From Flaccisagitta enflata (lineage: Eukaryota), in assembly GCA_965153355.1 (NCBI GenBank), contig OZ231126.1:12400001-12464000 (forward strand): a stretch of DNA of 64,000 bases, in the 5' to 3' direction. The notes below the pieces were generated by a model that did no database searches, was not told the DNA's origin, and worked only from the letters and a program-made list of their open reading frames with translations. Made by a program: the position numbers and the translations under genes. Shown one piece after another: positions 14,789 to 26,900 of this stretch. Positions within the stretch are counted from its first letter, which is position 1, and each line of letters begins with the position of its first letter.

Positions 14789-15697
14789 TATATTCTCCCA
14801 CGTGAATACTAGTTTCGACTCTGGGTTAGCTTTGTTTGTAGATATCTCTGACTGACTGACGATGGTAGACGCAAAGGAATTTGGGCGTAGATTGGAAAAT
14901 GGCGTGACGATGGTCTCTTTGATGTGGTAAAAATTTCAACAATCTGAGATGGGGGAGAAAGTAAAAGGGGAAATTGGGCATGAATAAATGGTCAACCAAT
15001 GCATGAAAGCAACATGAGATCAGGATAGACATGGACAGAAACAGCCAATAACAACATGTACATCTTATGCAGAGGCCATGAAGCCAGATCCGTACACTGC
15101 CCCCGCCCTGCCCATCCCACTAAATTCACCCATATCACCCAATAGTTAGTTGACCGGACAGACGATAAAAACAGACGATAAAACGCCAAAAACAGACAAT
15201 AAAACAATAAAAAACCATACGACAAAAACAATGATAAAATACTAAAACGCTAAAACGATAAAACTTACTTTAGGCCCAATTTCCTTGGTTTCCAGCCAGC
15301 GTCGTGATCGTCAAATAAGTCAGGCGTCCGTACATAAGTCTCTGAAATAAAAGGATGAGAGACTTATGAAAGATGAGAAATTCCAAGGGCGCAAAACATA
15401 AAAATCAAGCAAAATATCAATCATTCCATTAAGAAGCGATGCCATAATAACGATATCTATCCGAGATAAAAATGCGAAGCATAAAAAACACGACGATGAA
15501 AAATGTAGAAGAAGAAAATACATGATAACATGTACTTCCAAGCGAATAAAAGAACATCAAAATCCATGCGCAACCATATGGTTCATGGTTAAATTAAATG
15601 GAAACAAAAGGCATCGAATTGGACAAAAAGAGAGAAAAAAGCATTCACGCGAAGAACATCATCATTCCCATACTTATAAATAGCACACATTTCCACA
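14789..15697 (-). repeat. 3' LTR (909 bp)
   Basis: Direct repeat of 27970-28874; on the minus strand it begins TGTGG immediately after the polypurine tract. Confidence 0.95.
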
Positions 15698-15712
15698 CTC
15701 TGCCCCATTTTT
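15698..15712 (-). other. Polypurine tract (plus-strand primer)
   Basis: Minus strand AAAAATGGGGCAGAG directly abuts the TG start of the 3' LTR. Confidence 0.9.
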
Positions 15713-16768
15713 GGAATTTCACAAATTTCAAAAATCCGACATCTAGTTTCTGGTCGCGGGAAACCATACTAAAAAACCCATCTGTCACGCTAAAAAAAAT
15801 TTACAATGATAATCTACAGCCCTCGCCTCCCTCCCCCGCCTCCGCCTCTTACATCCCCACCCCTCTTGCAGAAGGAGACCGACGAGCAACATGGCGGCGA
15901 AAGATTCCCGTCCCGGCAAGGGGGCGTCGACTAAGCGATGTGATCAATCCAACACCCGAGCGGAGACGAGACGGAGGCGAGGAAGAAAAGGCACCCGTTC
16001 TGAGGAAAAAGTTAAAAGGGAAGGGGGGGGGAGGGGGAACGGGCCTAGGAGCACCTCTCGACTGGGACTTGCCATCGAGGTGGAAAAGTATAAGTAGAGG
16101 GCATTGACTAAAATATCATAATACGAATACCTTCGTAATAAGATGCTAAAAAGACAATGTCAAATACAAAACAAGAAAAACACACATGTTCCGGGGAACA
16201 ACAAACAAATATAAAATAATAAATTACTACTCAGACTACATTAAAACCGAATCTGAAAAGCAAAAATTAAGTAAGATTCATGGGAACGATCACGTCACCT
16301 GCACCATTTCCAAAAGGAAATATGCGGACCATATCGGAAGCTCCAACAGCTCGTCAAATCATGGGTAAGAGACGAGAATGAAAGGCGCGAAATGGACACC
16401 GCGAAGTTGGGCAGATGGCGCCATCGTCTGAGAAGTTTTTCTCCCCTCGCGGGGAGATAAAAGAAAGGGGAAAAGGGGGGCAGATGGATTAGTAAAGTTC
16501 TTACCATATGCAGATTCAACCATAATAACAAGAAAATTCACACACCATCTCTTCCATGAAACTTACGCGGGCGTTTTCGCCAGGCCCCAGGGCGGATAAG
16601 AATCCCACGCCCCGGGTAGCGCCCCCGACAATGCCGGCCTGTCCATCGAGGGATGAGCGTCGCGATGAAATGATGACGACTCAGCGAAAATGGTGGCGCT
16701 CTCCACGTCGCGTTACTTGACGGTAATTAATAGGATGGTAACAATGGACGTGGCACCAAATTACAGCT

Positions 16769-18826
16769 TTACTGCGGCGGCTGCTGATGGTGTTGCTGCT
16801 GCTGCGGCTGGCGGCCTGGATTCCAAGGGCGCCTCTTTTTCTTTGGCGCTGTCTTGGGAGCGTCTTTGGCGCTTTGCGCAGTCGTCGAGACGGAAGGCCG
16901 ACTTCCAGTTTCTGCAGATGCTGCTGGAGATGAAGATGCTGTCGCAGTCACAGGAGCTAGAATGGCGCGAGGATCTTGCTGAATACAGACGACGTGTTTA
17001 ACAGATGCTGCCGCCGACGCCGTCTGCTGAGATCCCGCCGCCTCCTTTGCCTTTGCATCCGCACCCTTTCTCGCTGTCTCCAACTGCTTCTCCAGTTCCG
17101 TCACTCGCATATCGCTCTTGACCTTCGCATCAAGCGCAATCATTGCCTTTCTTCTCGAGTCCGCGATGTTGGTCTCAACTCGAGATTTTTCCGCCATGTC
17201 CCACAGCTGACGAGCACATTCAACTCGCTGAGCGTTGCTGAATGATTGGTAATATGTCGGCGGTAGGAACGATGCAAGTCTTGACAACTGTCGCTTAGAG
17301 GCATTGCTCCGAGTTGCCGCACATAGGCGTAGCAGATGTTCGCTGATGCGATGTCCAGTATCGGTGTCAAGAACCGTCGACGAGGAGATTGGCGAATCCG
17401 TCTCCTGTTGCTGAGGCGCTGTTGGTCCTTTAGCTTGCTGTTTAGGCGCCGCAGAACCACTCGCGCCCGCTGGAGGCTGAATATCGCCTTTTGCCTTCCC
17501 TTGCGCTGCTGCTGCTTCCGGCCGCTGTTTAAGCTCCTTTGCCTTCTTTGACGCGGACGCCGCTGAAGGCGCAGTTGCTCCCCCGCTACCCGAAGCTATT
17601 GCCGCTGCGCTGGGAACCTCCTGCTGCTGAGGAGGAAGTTGTTGCTTCTTTTTGTTGTTATTGTTTTTGCCTTTGCCTTTGCTTTTGTTATTGGCCGTGG
17701 CTTGAAGCTGTTGTTGCTGCAGCTGCTGCTGTTGTTGTTGCCGTTGCTGCTGTTGATGTTGTTGTTGCTGCTTTGGCTGCTGTTGTTGCTGCTGCTGCTG
17801 CTGAGGATGCGCCCTCTTCTCCTATCGACGCCTTTTTGGGTTGGGAGTTTCGTCACGAGGATCCGGCCGCTGCTGATTTGGGGGATGAACCAATGCCGGA
17901 CGCGTTTGACGATCTGATGCTGCATTGGTGGAAGAAGTCGCCGGTGAGTTTGCGGCTGCAGCAAGAGATGCTTGAGTCAAATTCTTCCTCGACGCTTGGA
18001 CGACACGTCGAGCCTCCTTGAAATTCTCCCTTTTCTTTTTCTGCCTTCCTTGTCTGCGATCCAGGGTTTCAAACCCTAACTCACACTGTGTAGCCGATGA
18101 TCGCATCTGCTTCTCCGAATTGCAGCATATATTGAGTTTGGAGAAGGCCTTGAAGACCAACGACTCTGACTCATCTGCTGGGTCAGTGCGATGGTAAAAC
18201 CAGCGTGCTTGCTTCCGCTGGATTCTGACCTCAGGAGAGTCTTTGTCCACTTCCGGGTCAATGGGCGCCTCCTCCTTTTCTTCTGCCACCACCACCACAT
18301 CCATCCCCTCCTCCTCCTCTGCCGCCTCCTCCCCATCGACCTGAGAGTCTTGATCTTTGCTTCCGCTGCGATGGTCTGCAGCTTTTAATCGCTCCTGAAG
18401 AAGGGCTCTCGCCTCCGGTGGAGCCGGTCCTCCAAATCCAGGAGTGAAAATGCGACGGGAAGCTTGTGGAAGGACGGATGATCCCGACGACGAGTTGGCG
18501 ATGGAGACGTCGTCGACGGGCCGCTGCAACTTCACTCTACGTTTGTTTCCTCCCGAGATGGCAACGACGAGGGGAGGGAGAGCGGAAGAAGAAGCGTGGT
18601 CGGCCGGCTGTTGGAAATTCGCCGACTCATCATCCTTTGAGAGGTTGAGGTCGCCGCTGAAGGCCGCTTTCGTAGCCGCCTCCACCTCCTCCTCAAGCGA
18701 CGCGACGGAATCCGTCTCGAAGTCTTCATCCCGCTCTGGAGACGCCATCAGACGATCGAGATCATAAGATCCACCCGCCGTCGACGAATCCATTTCGGCC
18801 TGAAGACGCTGCGCGCGCGATGGCAT
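16769..18826 (-). pseudogene. Extra ORF of the retrotransposon between pol and 3' LTR (about 685 codons, one internal TAG), unknown function
   Basis: Track ORFs 17822-18826 and 16769-17287 are in the same frame. The sequence between them translates without stops (poly-Q, K/A-rich) after the single TAG at 17822-17824. Confidence 0.75.
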
Positions 18827-19188
18827 CTTGACTCCGACGAATCGACTTCAAGATGCAGACTGACGTGATGTTGGAGTTCGACGTCAGCGGAAGCTTTGAA
18901 AATCACGTAAGACGAATGAACTGTGTTTGGACGAAAGCATAGGAAATAGCATGATATCTACATATATACAAAGCAGTGAACCAATGTTTAAATTTTGCAT
19001 GAAAATGAACATCACAATGTGCCAATATGAGGAAAGAGTTGAATGCATGGATGAATAGAACCAAATATGAAGACGTACATCTCTTTATGTCAGTTATGAG
19101 CAAACAGAGCAACAATCATTCACATCTATAGTTACTAATAGACAGGCCCATGCGCCTAAAATCTCTCTCTCTCAAAACTTAGCGTTTT

Positions 19189-22100
19189 TTATGAGTCCAT
19201 TTCCAGCCGCACAATCTTCGTGCGATCCCTCGTAACAATTCTTCCGTCAGCGCGTCGCACATGCGCCCGCCGGACATAGGGCGATGTGCCTTCAACGTCG
19301 ACGACCCTCCCTAGGCTCCAATTGTGTCTGGGAACAGCCTCGTGGACGATGACTACAAGATCATCAACCGCCAAGTTCCTCTCGGATTTTGTCCATTTAC
19401 TCCGCGCATGAAGAAGGCTCAAGTACTCAGAACGCCACTTTTTCTAAAAAGCATCCACTCGAGATTGGGCGCGCTTCCATTGGACACGTGTGGACTCTGC
19501 GTCGAAGTTGACGCCGTGCTGCAACAGATCCATAGGAGCGCTTCCGGAAGTGGATGGCGATAGGATGTGATTTGGCGTCAGCGCCGATGGATCACTTGGA
19601 TCATCACTCAGCGCTGTAAGAGGGCGGCGGTTGAGAATACCTTCCACTTCGATGACGGCAGTGTGGAAGGTGTCGACGTGCAACGTGGCGCCAGATGATA
19701 TGGAGGCGAGATGGCGCTTGAACATTGCCACAACTCGTTCCCAAACACCGCCATAATGCGGCGTTCGGGCGGTGATGAAATCCCATTGGAGGCCTCGTCG
19801 TTGACGAGCGATTCCACTCTTCCATCTCCTTCTTGAGGATATTGTTGGCGCCTATCAGGTTGGTTCCTCGATCAGACGTGAATCGTCTAATGCCCGGGCG
19901 CCTGGCTGCAAAGCGTATGATGGCGTTGATCATGGAGTCCGCAGACATGTTGTAGAGCAGTTCCACATGAACGGCGCGGGAGACAAAGCAAGTGAAAACT
20001 GCCACCCACACCTTATGGTCCGCTCTGCCATTCATTTTAACATTGAAATGTCCCATTACATCCAATCCCGTCTCTGCCAAGACAGGTGCAGGATTCACTC
20101 GATTGGATGGCAATGGCGCCATCTGCTGATCCGCGTGCCTTTTAAAGTTCCTCTGGCATCTAAAGCACGAGTGAACGACGCTTTTAAAGGCCTGAAGACC
20201 TCTAGTGATCCACGCGAATTGACGCAGTTGGCATAGGGTATGCTTTGCACCAGCATGGAAGTCATTATGATGAACATGGCGAATTAATGACTTCACGTTA
20301 TTGTCGTTTGGTGGAAGAATGAAGGGAAATTTGATGTCGTTTGAGATGTCGGCATTTACCAATCGGCTGCCGACTCGAAGGATATTGTCATTGTCGACGA
20401 AGGGGTTGAGCATCCGCATCTCTTTGTTCTTGACGATGAACTCATGACGACTATTTGGTGTATTCACTTTTCCCGCCTCCAATTGGGCTATCACCTCTCC
20501 ATAATTCTGCCGCTGCACGGTCTTGACGAGCTGTTTCTGCGCTTCCTCCAGATGGACTTGCGTCACTTCCGGTTTGGGGAGGAGATCCTTTGCCGCTCTA
20601 GTCTTCGCCTTTGGGAACAATCGCCATCGCCGGACTGCAATGAAGAGCATGGCGTTGACGCGGAGTTTGTGCGTCCACTTCCCCCGAGATGCGGCTGCAC
20701 GCAGCACCGCGTCGAATTCTTTACTCTTATCCTCGACAGCAGCATAGAGCGCCGCCACGTGGACAGAGACAGGGTACGTCGCGATGTTTGTCTGCGGCAA
20801 TTGATCTTCAGGGAGACGTAAAAAATCCGGACCGTTGTGGAATTGACGCCACTTTTCCGCCTCATGAGATTCGATTCCACGAGAGCAATGGTCGGCGGGG
20901 TTATTGGCGGAGTCAACCCACCGCCACTGCTCTGGAGTTGATCCTGCGTGGATTTGGGAGAGACGATTGGCGAGGAAGACAGGTCTTGGGCATGATGGGT
21001 TATATATCATCTTCAAAGCGGCCTCTGAATCTGACCATAGTCTGATGTTCTTCTCCTGCAGATTCAAAGTCTTGTTGACGAACCGCTTGAGCTGAATCGC
21101 CTTTTCAGCAGAGACGATTTCCACACGAGGTACACTATTGTGATGAGATGCCCTCTTTGGATTGAGAGGCACCACGTGTGACTTTGACCCCAATATTGTC
21201 ACATAGACCGAGCCGTCGGAGTTGACTTGACGACGATATGCAACAGCACCAAATCCACCTTTCGGCGCTGCATCGCAGAAAATCTCGATGGTGACGTTGT
21301 CAATGTCACCGTTCCACCACCTTTTGACTCGGTATTGCGAAAGAAGAGGCCAAGAGGAAGTGTATTTGAAGAATGATTCTTCCAACACCTCGTCAAGTGA
21401 AGAATCCCATCCTGTCTGTTGTGGACGACATAGTTGGAGATGACGTCGTCTTATGTATTGGCTTGGACTCCAAAAGCCGAGTGGATCATAGAGTTTGGCT
21501 TGCATGGAGACCAATTGACGTGGTGTTTTCGCCCTCATTGTCTTAAACTCGTCGTCGCAGATGAAGACAAAGGCGTCTTCAGACGGAAGCCACGAGACTC
21601 CCAACACTTTCGTCGGCTTGTCATCGTGGTCTTGTTTATCTGCGATGGGAATGGCGACGTTTGGATCTCCTTCCATAAGCTGATGATGATTACTTTTCCA
21701 CTTCACCAACTGGAATCCTCCATCACCCATTGCCGACTTCACTCCCACTTTCAACTCCAACGCCTCGTCGACTGTATCACCACCTCCGCTTCCGTCGTCG
21801 ACGTAAAAACCATGGCGGATAAAATCGTAGACGTTGGGAGGGTAATATGGTCGAATGACTTTGGCGTGGTGTCTGACGGTGAAGCTAGTGACAAACGAGC
21901 TGGAGAGGCTTCCAAAGACGTGGGAAAGAAACATTCAAAATGGCGAGGCGGAGGCTTTTATCCTTAAACCAGAAGAATCTGAAGAGATCAGCATCATCAG
22001 GGTGGACTCTTATTTGGTGGAAGAACGCCTTTATGTCACACATAAAGGCGATCTTCCACTGGCGAAAGCGCATCAGGATGTCCATTAAACTGTTCATCAA

Positions 22101-23187
22101 GTTTGGGCCACCTACCAACAGGTCATTTAAACATACTCCGTCGGTGGCAGCCCGTGCATCGTGACATACCCTGGTTTTACCCCTCAACTCCACTATGTCA
22201 CCGTGCATCAAAATCACCAACGACCAGCTAGAAATCCCACCAACCACCCAACCCACCCAAAACACCATCACCGTGCATCAAAATCACCAACGACCAGCTA
22301 GAAATCCCACCAACCACCCAACCCACCCAAAACACCATCACCGTGCATCAAAATCACCAACGACCAGCTAGAAATCCCACCAACCACCCAACCCACCCAA
22401 AACACCATCACCGTGCATCAAAATCACCAACGACCAGCTAGAAATCCCACCAACCACCCAACCCACCCAAAACACCATCACCGTGCATCAAAATCACCAA
22501 CAAGCTAGAAATCCCACCCCCACCCAAAACACCATCACCGTGCATCAAAATCACCAACGACCAGCTAGAAATCCCACCAACCACCCAACCCACCCAAAAC
22601 ACCATCACCGTGCATCAAAATCACCAACGACCAGCTAGAAATCCCACCAACCACCCAACCCACCCAAAACACCATCACCGTGCATCAAAATCACCAACGA
22701 CCAGCTAGAAATCCCACCAACCACCCAACCCACCCAAAACACCATCACCGTGCATCAAAATCACCAACGACCAGCTAGAAATCCCACCAACCACCCAACC
22801 CACCCAAAACACCATCACCGTGCATCAAAATCACCAACGACCAGCTAGAAATCCCACCAACCACCCAACCCACCCAAAACACCATCACCGTGCATCAAAA
22901 TCACCAACGACCAGCTAGAAATCCCACCAACCACCCAACCCACCCAAAACACCATATATGTGGAGAGGAAGGTACCAGCGCGGCTTAATGATATCCTCGT
23001 CGTCGTCAATGCTGTCAATCTCAACCGCCACGCCTGTTTCATAGAACTTCTCGACTTCTTTGAAGACACGCTCTTTGAAGGCCGGATCACGATTGAAGCG
23101 GAAGCGCTGGTTGACGAGCCGCTTCATGGCTGTAGGCCGAGACTTCACTTTGCGTAATATCTCCATGATCTTTTCAAATGCGAATTT
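19189..23187 (-). pseudogene. pol: pol: reverse transcriptase, RNase H, integrase
   Basis: RT: RWYLPLH/IVELRGKTRVCHDA, CDIKAFFHQI, FYVDD. RNase H: IFCDAA, RVEI, WSDS, NPADHCSRG. Integrase: H..H/C..C, LDVMG, SDRGTN, VWERVV, LNRRPL, WSLGRV. Lesions: tandem insertion 22199-22956, frameshifts near 21940 and 19790, TAG at 19444-19446. Confidence 0.95.
22199..22956. repeat. Tandem array of a 70-bp unit (about 11 copies, one internally deleted) inserted in RT
   Basis: Unit ccgtgcatcaaaatcaccaacgaccagctagaaatcccaccaaccacccaacccacccaaaacaccatca starts at 22201, 22271, 22341, 22411, 22481 (short), 22538, 22608, 22678, 22748, 22818 and 22888; flanked by tatgt at 22194-22198 and 22957-22961. Confidence 0.95.
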
Positions 23188-23937
23188 CTATGTCACAGGC
23201 GCAAAATACTTTTTAGTCACATTGCAGAAATAGATCTTTTTTTCCAGCGTATCACAGGCGCGTTTATTTTCAATCGAATCGCCCATTTCTTCAGAGGAGA
23301 CGACAGATCCATAATCATGGTAGAAAATTCGGTCAAAACTTTGATGTAAGTCGCTGTTATCCACCGAAATAGCGTTAATTGATGCGACATCTAAACCTTT
23401 CTTCCCAGTTTTTCCACTAATCGTCCAACCGAAACTGCATCTGAAGCATGTTAAAGACCCTGGAGGACCTCGACGAAGCTCTTGAGCGATGGCTGCGTCC
23501 GAATGAGCGGCGCCAACAATCATTTTGACGCCTCCTGTCACCTCCGGGAATCTTATGCCTCTGACGTGAGGTTGGTCGGAAAGATCTCGTAGAAATGGGG
23601 GCATGTCTTTTTCACTCGTAAGTAAATCCCCCACCAGCGTGTCGTTGACATCAATGATGTATTCCGAGTTGGTGGAGCGAAGAGTGAATGACGCTAAAAG
23701 ACGGTTTTCAGTCACACAATTGTCCACTGTAACTACTTTCATTTGGACCATATTCGTTGAAATGCGCAGATGTTTGATGACGTCGTGGCTGATGACATCG
23801 CGATCTGCGCCACTATCTATCATCGCAAAGATTGTCATTTCTTCTCCAGACGCACAATTTACAATCACTACAGGGACGATGGGACGGACGACGTCGTCGA
23901 AAGATGACACGGATCGCGACGCGGCCGTCGCCGCCAG
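23188..23937 (-). pseudogene. pol: pol: aspartic protease region
   Basis: FAMIDSGADRDVI (D-S-G active site) and SFGWTISG. Same frame as Gag past the TGA at 23938-23940; ends at TAG 23188-23190, probably a Trp-to-stop mutation. Confidence 0.9.
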
Positions 23938-26900
23938 TCATGCCTCGACGGGGGGAGTGATGACATTGGCGTTTGTAGCGGTCGTCGTTGGAGGTGCTGA
24001 AGCTGGAGTGGTGGAGGTGGAGGAAGATTGGTCGAAGTTGGCGAATGGAATGCCATTGTTAGTCTTTTCTCCTCCTTTTTTCGCCTCTTTACCATCCCCT
24101 TTCTTCACCCATGTGCGTCCGTGGAGAATGGTGGCGTGCTGTTTCTTGCAGGTTTGACAGGTTGGTCTGTTGGTGCAACCCTTTGCCGAGTGGCCACTGG
24201 TGAAACAGTGGAAGCAGAGTCGGCATGATGCCAATTTTTGTACGCGTGCGTCGACGTCGAGTGAAAGGAGCTGATTGCACTCTTCCGTCGGATGCATACC
24301 GCTGCAGACGTTGCATTTGTCGGTCGACTGCATCCTTTGCTTCCCGTTGGTCAAAACGTCGTTGTAGGTTGGTGGATTTTCACCCGTTGCCACCGCTGCC
24401 ACCGCTGCGGGCTTACTCTCCACCCCTTTATTGCGTTGGATGACAGCCCAAGTTTCAATCATGTTGACCAAATTATCAAATGAAAAAGGGATGCCTTGCA
24501 ATTCAAACTCGTGTTGTTTTTCCCAAAACTTGTCCGCCAGATGTGGCACTCGTTTGTTAATAACTTCCTGCAAGATTTCCTTTCTGTAGCACTGTGGCAA
24601 TTCTCCACATGTCTGCGCAATTTTCTTTGTCTTCAGCAGTCGTGATGCGAGATGAAAATGTCTCTTGTGATCAGCGGATGAGATTTTCGATTCAGCGGCG
24701 ATCTCATGGAATAGCGCTGGGATGTTGGCTCGTGAAGCCATGAAGATGACGTCCATCTTCTTGAAGGCAGCATTAACCTCCTCCTCTGCAACTGCTTCCG
24801 TAGTTCCAATAGCCGCCGTTTCAACTATCTCCTTCGCCGGACCAGAAAACCATTTTGGCAATTCTTGCAGAATGTCCATCTCGGTCAAACCCTCATGTTT
24901 TGCAGCATCTTTAAATTTGCGTTTCCACATCATATAATCCGTCGACGAGAGCTCCTGAAGCGGCTTCTCAGGCCTTGCTTTCTCCATTGCCTTCAAGCCG
25001 ACCTCTCTTGCCCGCATTCGATTGTCATCAGAAGCTCTCTTCAGAAACATCTGCAATGCTTCACTTTGATGAAATTGTTGCACCACTTCCGGTTGACGGG
25101 CAGTTGGATGATTGTGGTACTCTTGGTATGTGGGAGGAGGACTGATGGAGACGTATTGACCTCCCACTTTCACCGGAGATTGTTTCTTTGTGGTTTTAGT
25201 GTACCACACATCGTTGTCTTGCTGTTGTTGCTGTTGCTGATGTTGCTGTTGCTGATGTTGATGACTTCTTGGCGCATCGAAGTCTTGACGGATATATTGA
25301 TGTTTCTGCAATTCTGCTATTTGAGCTTTCGCCGCATGCAGATCAAACTGATTCTGTTGAAGAAGTTGTTGTTGTGCCGCATTTGCTTGTTTAAGATCTG
25401 CAGCATCCTTCTTAAGACGATCCATCTGACGATCTACTTCGGGAAGACGTTGAGCTGGAGCTGCCGCTGGAGTCTGGGACTTTCTTTTCTCTTCCTCTTG
25501 CATTCGTCGCGCAAACTCCTCGTCAGCTGCTTCCTGCTCTCTCCTCCTGCTCCTCACGCCATCTACATCGTCTATCAACAGTTGATCAAGCTTCAACATG
25601 TCCGCCGCCGTCGACGGAGGGTTTGGCGCCGTGGTCATGAATTCTCTCTCGAAGATCACTTCCGGCGCCGATGGGGGAATGACGGCAGACGGCGGTTGCT
25701 GATGAAGAGGAAAGGATTGAGGCTGAGGTGTAGATTTAACTTTTCCTCCTCTCTTTCCTTCCCCAGCCTTCACACTTGATATTTGCTGCTTAACATGGGT
25801 TTGCGTTGGTTGTTGATGTTGAGGATTGGATGCTATTTGAGGATGTTGACGCGTTGCAGGGATATGCTGTGGCTGCTTCCTCGGCGCCATATTCTGCCGC
25901 TTCACCGCATCACCTGCCTGTATCTCACCCTTAAATTGCTCGGAAGAGACCCACTTGAAATGAGTTGTTCTTGCCGCCTCCTCCTCTTTCAACTGATTGA
26001 AGCGCAGAGACATTTGTTTATATTGCTGTTCTTCTTCTGGTGATTTGTTGCTCTGCTGACATTTAATTGGGACTGCAACCACCATTTCTGAAGTATCTGT
26101 CGCAGTAACCATTGTTGTTGCTGAAGCATCTTTATCACCTCCTTCCAACATACAGATCCTTTGCTCCGCTAACTGCTGTTGATGAAGATGTTCAGCTTCC
26201 GAGGAAGTTTTGCTACCGACAGAGAGAGGATTAAAAGCAGAAGGATTGACGACTGTAGCTACACTGAAGGCAACGTTCTGTTGCTGCAACTGGTGTTGGT
26301 GAACCTGCTGCTGCCGCTGAAGACCTGCTTGCTGTTGCAGCTGCTGCTGCTTCTCCTCCTCCTGTTGCTGCAACTGGGCTTCTTGCTGCTTTCTTTGTTG
26401 CTCAGCGCCTTTGCTCTTGCTCTTGGATCTGTTGCTGCAGCCTTTCTTGCTCCTTTTGCACCTGCTGCATCTCGATTCTTCCTTGTTGCAACTGTTGGTG
26501 ATTTTGTTGCTGTTCTTGTTGCTGCTGTTGTTGATGCGCTTGTGCTTGCTGTTGTTGCTGCTGTCTCGCTTGATCCTGCTGTTGCTGCTGCTGTTGCAAC
26601 TGTTGATGGCGTTGCTGCTCTTGCTGCTGTTGTTGTTGCTGCTGCTGCAGTTGCTGCTGCTGCTGTTGCTGTTGCTGCTGCTGTTGTTGCTGCCGAATGT
26701 TTTCTTGTTGGAGCTGTTGTTGACGCAGTTGCTCCTGCTGCACTTGTTGTTGGCGCAATTGTTCTTGCTGTTGTTGTTGATCTCGCAGCTGCTGTTGTTG
26801 TCTTTGCTGTTCTGCAGCCGCCTGTTGTTGCCTCAGCTGCTCTTGTTGAAGCCTCTGTTGCTCCTCAGCATCTTTTCTCTGTTGTTCCTGCTGCAATCGT

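Noticed and set aside
16769-18826. env gene
   Set aside because: No signal peptide, transmembrane segment or Cys-rich ectodomain visible.
22199-22956. CRISPR-like array
   Set aside because: Units are identical end to end with no unique spacers; eukaryotic context and no cas genes.
26390-26420. Programmed frameshift within gag
   Set aside because: No slippery heptamer seen; other frameshifts in this copy indicate ordinary decay or sequencing error.
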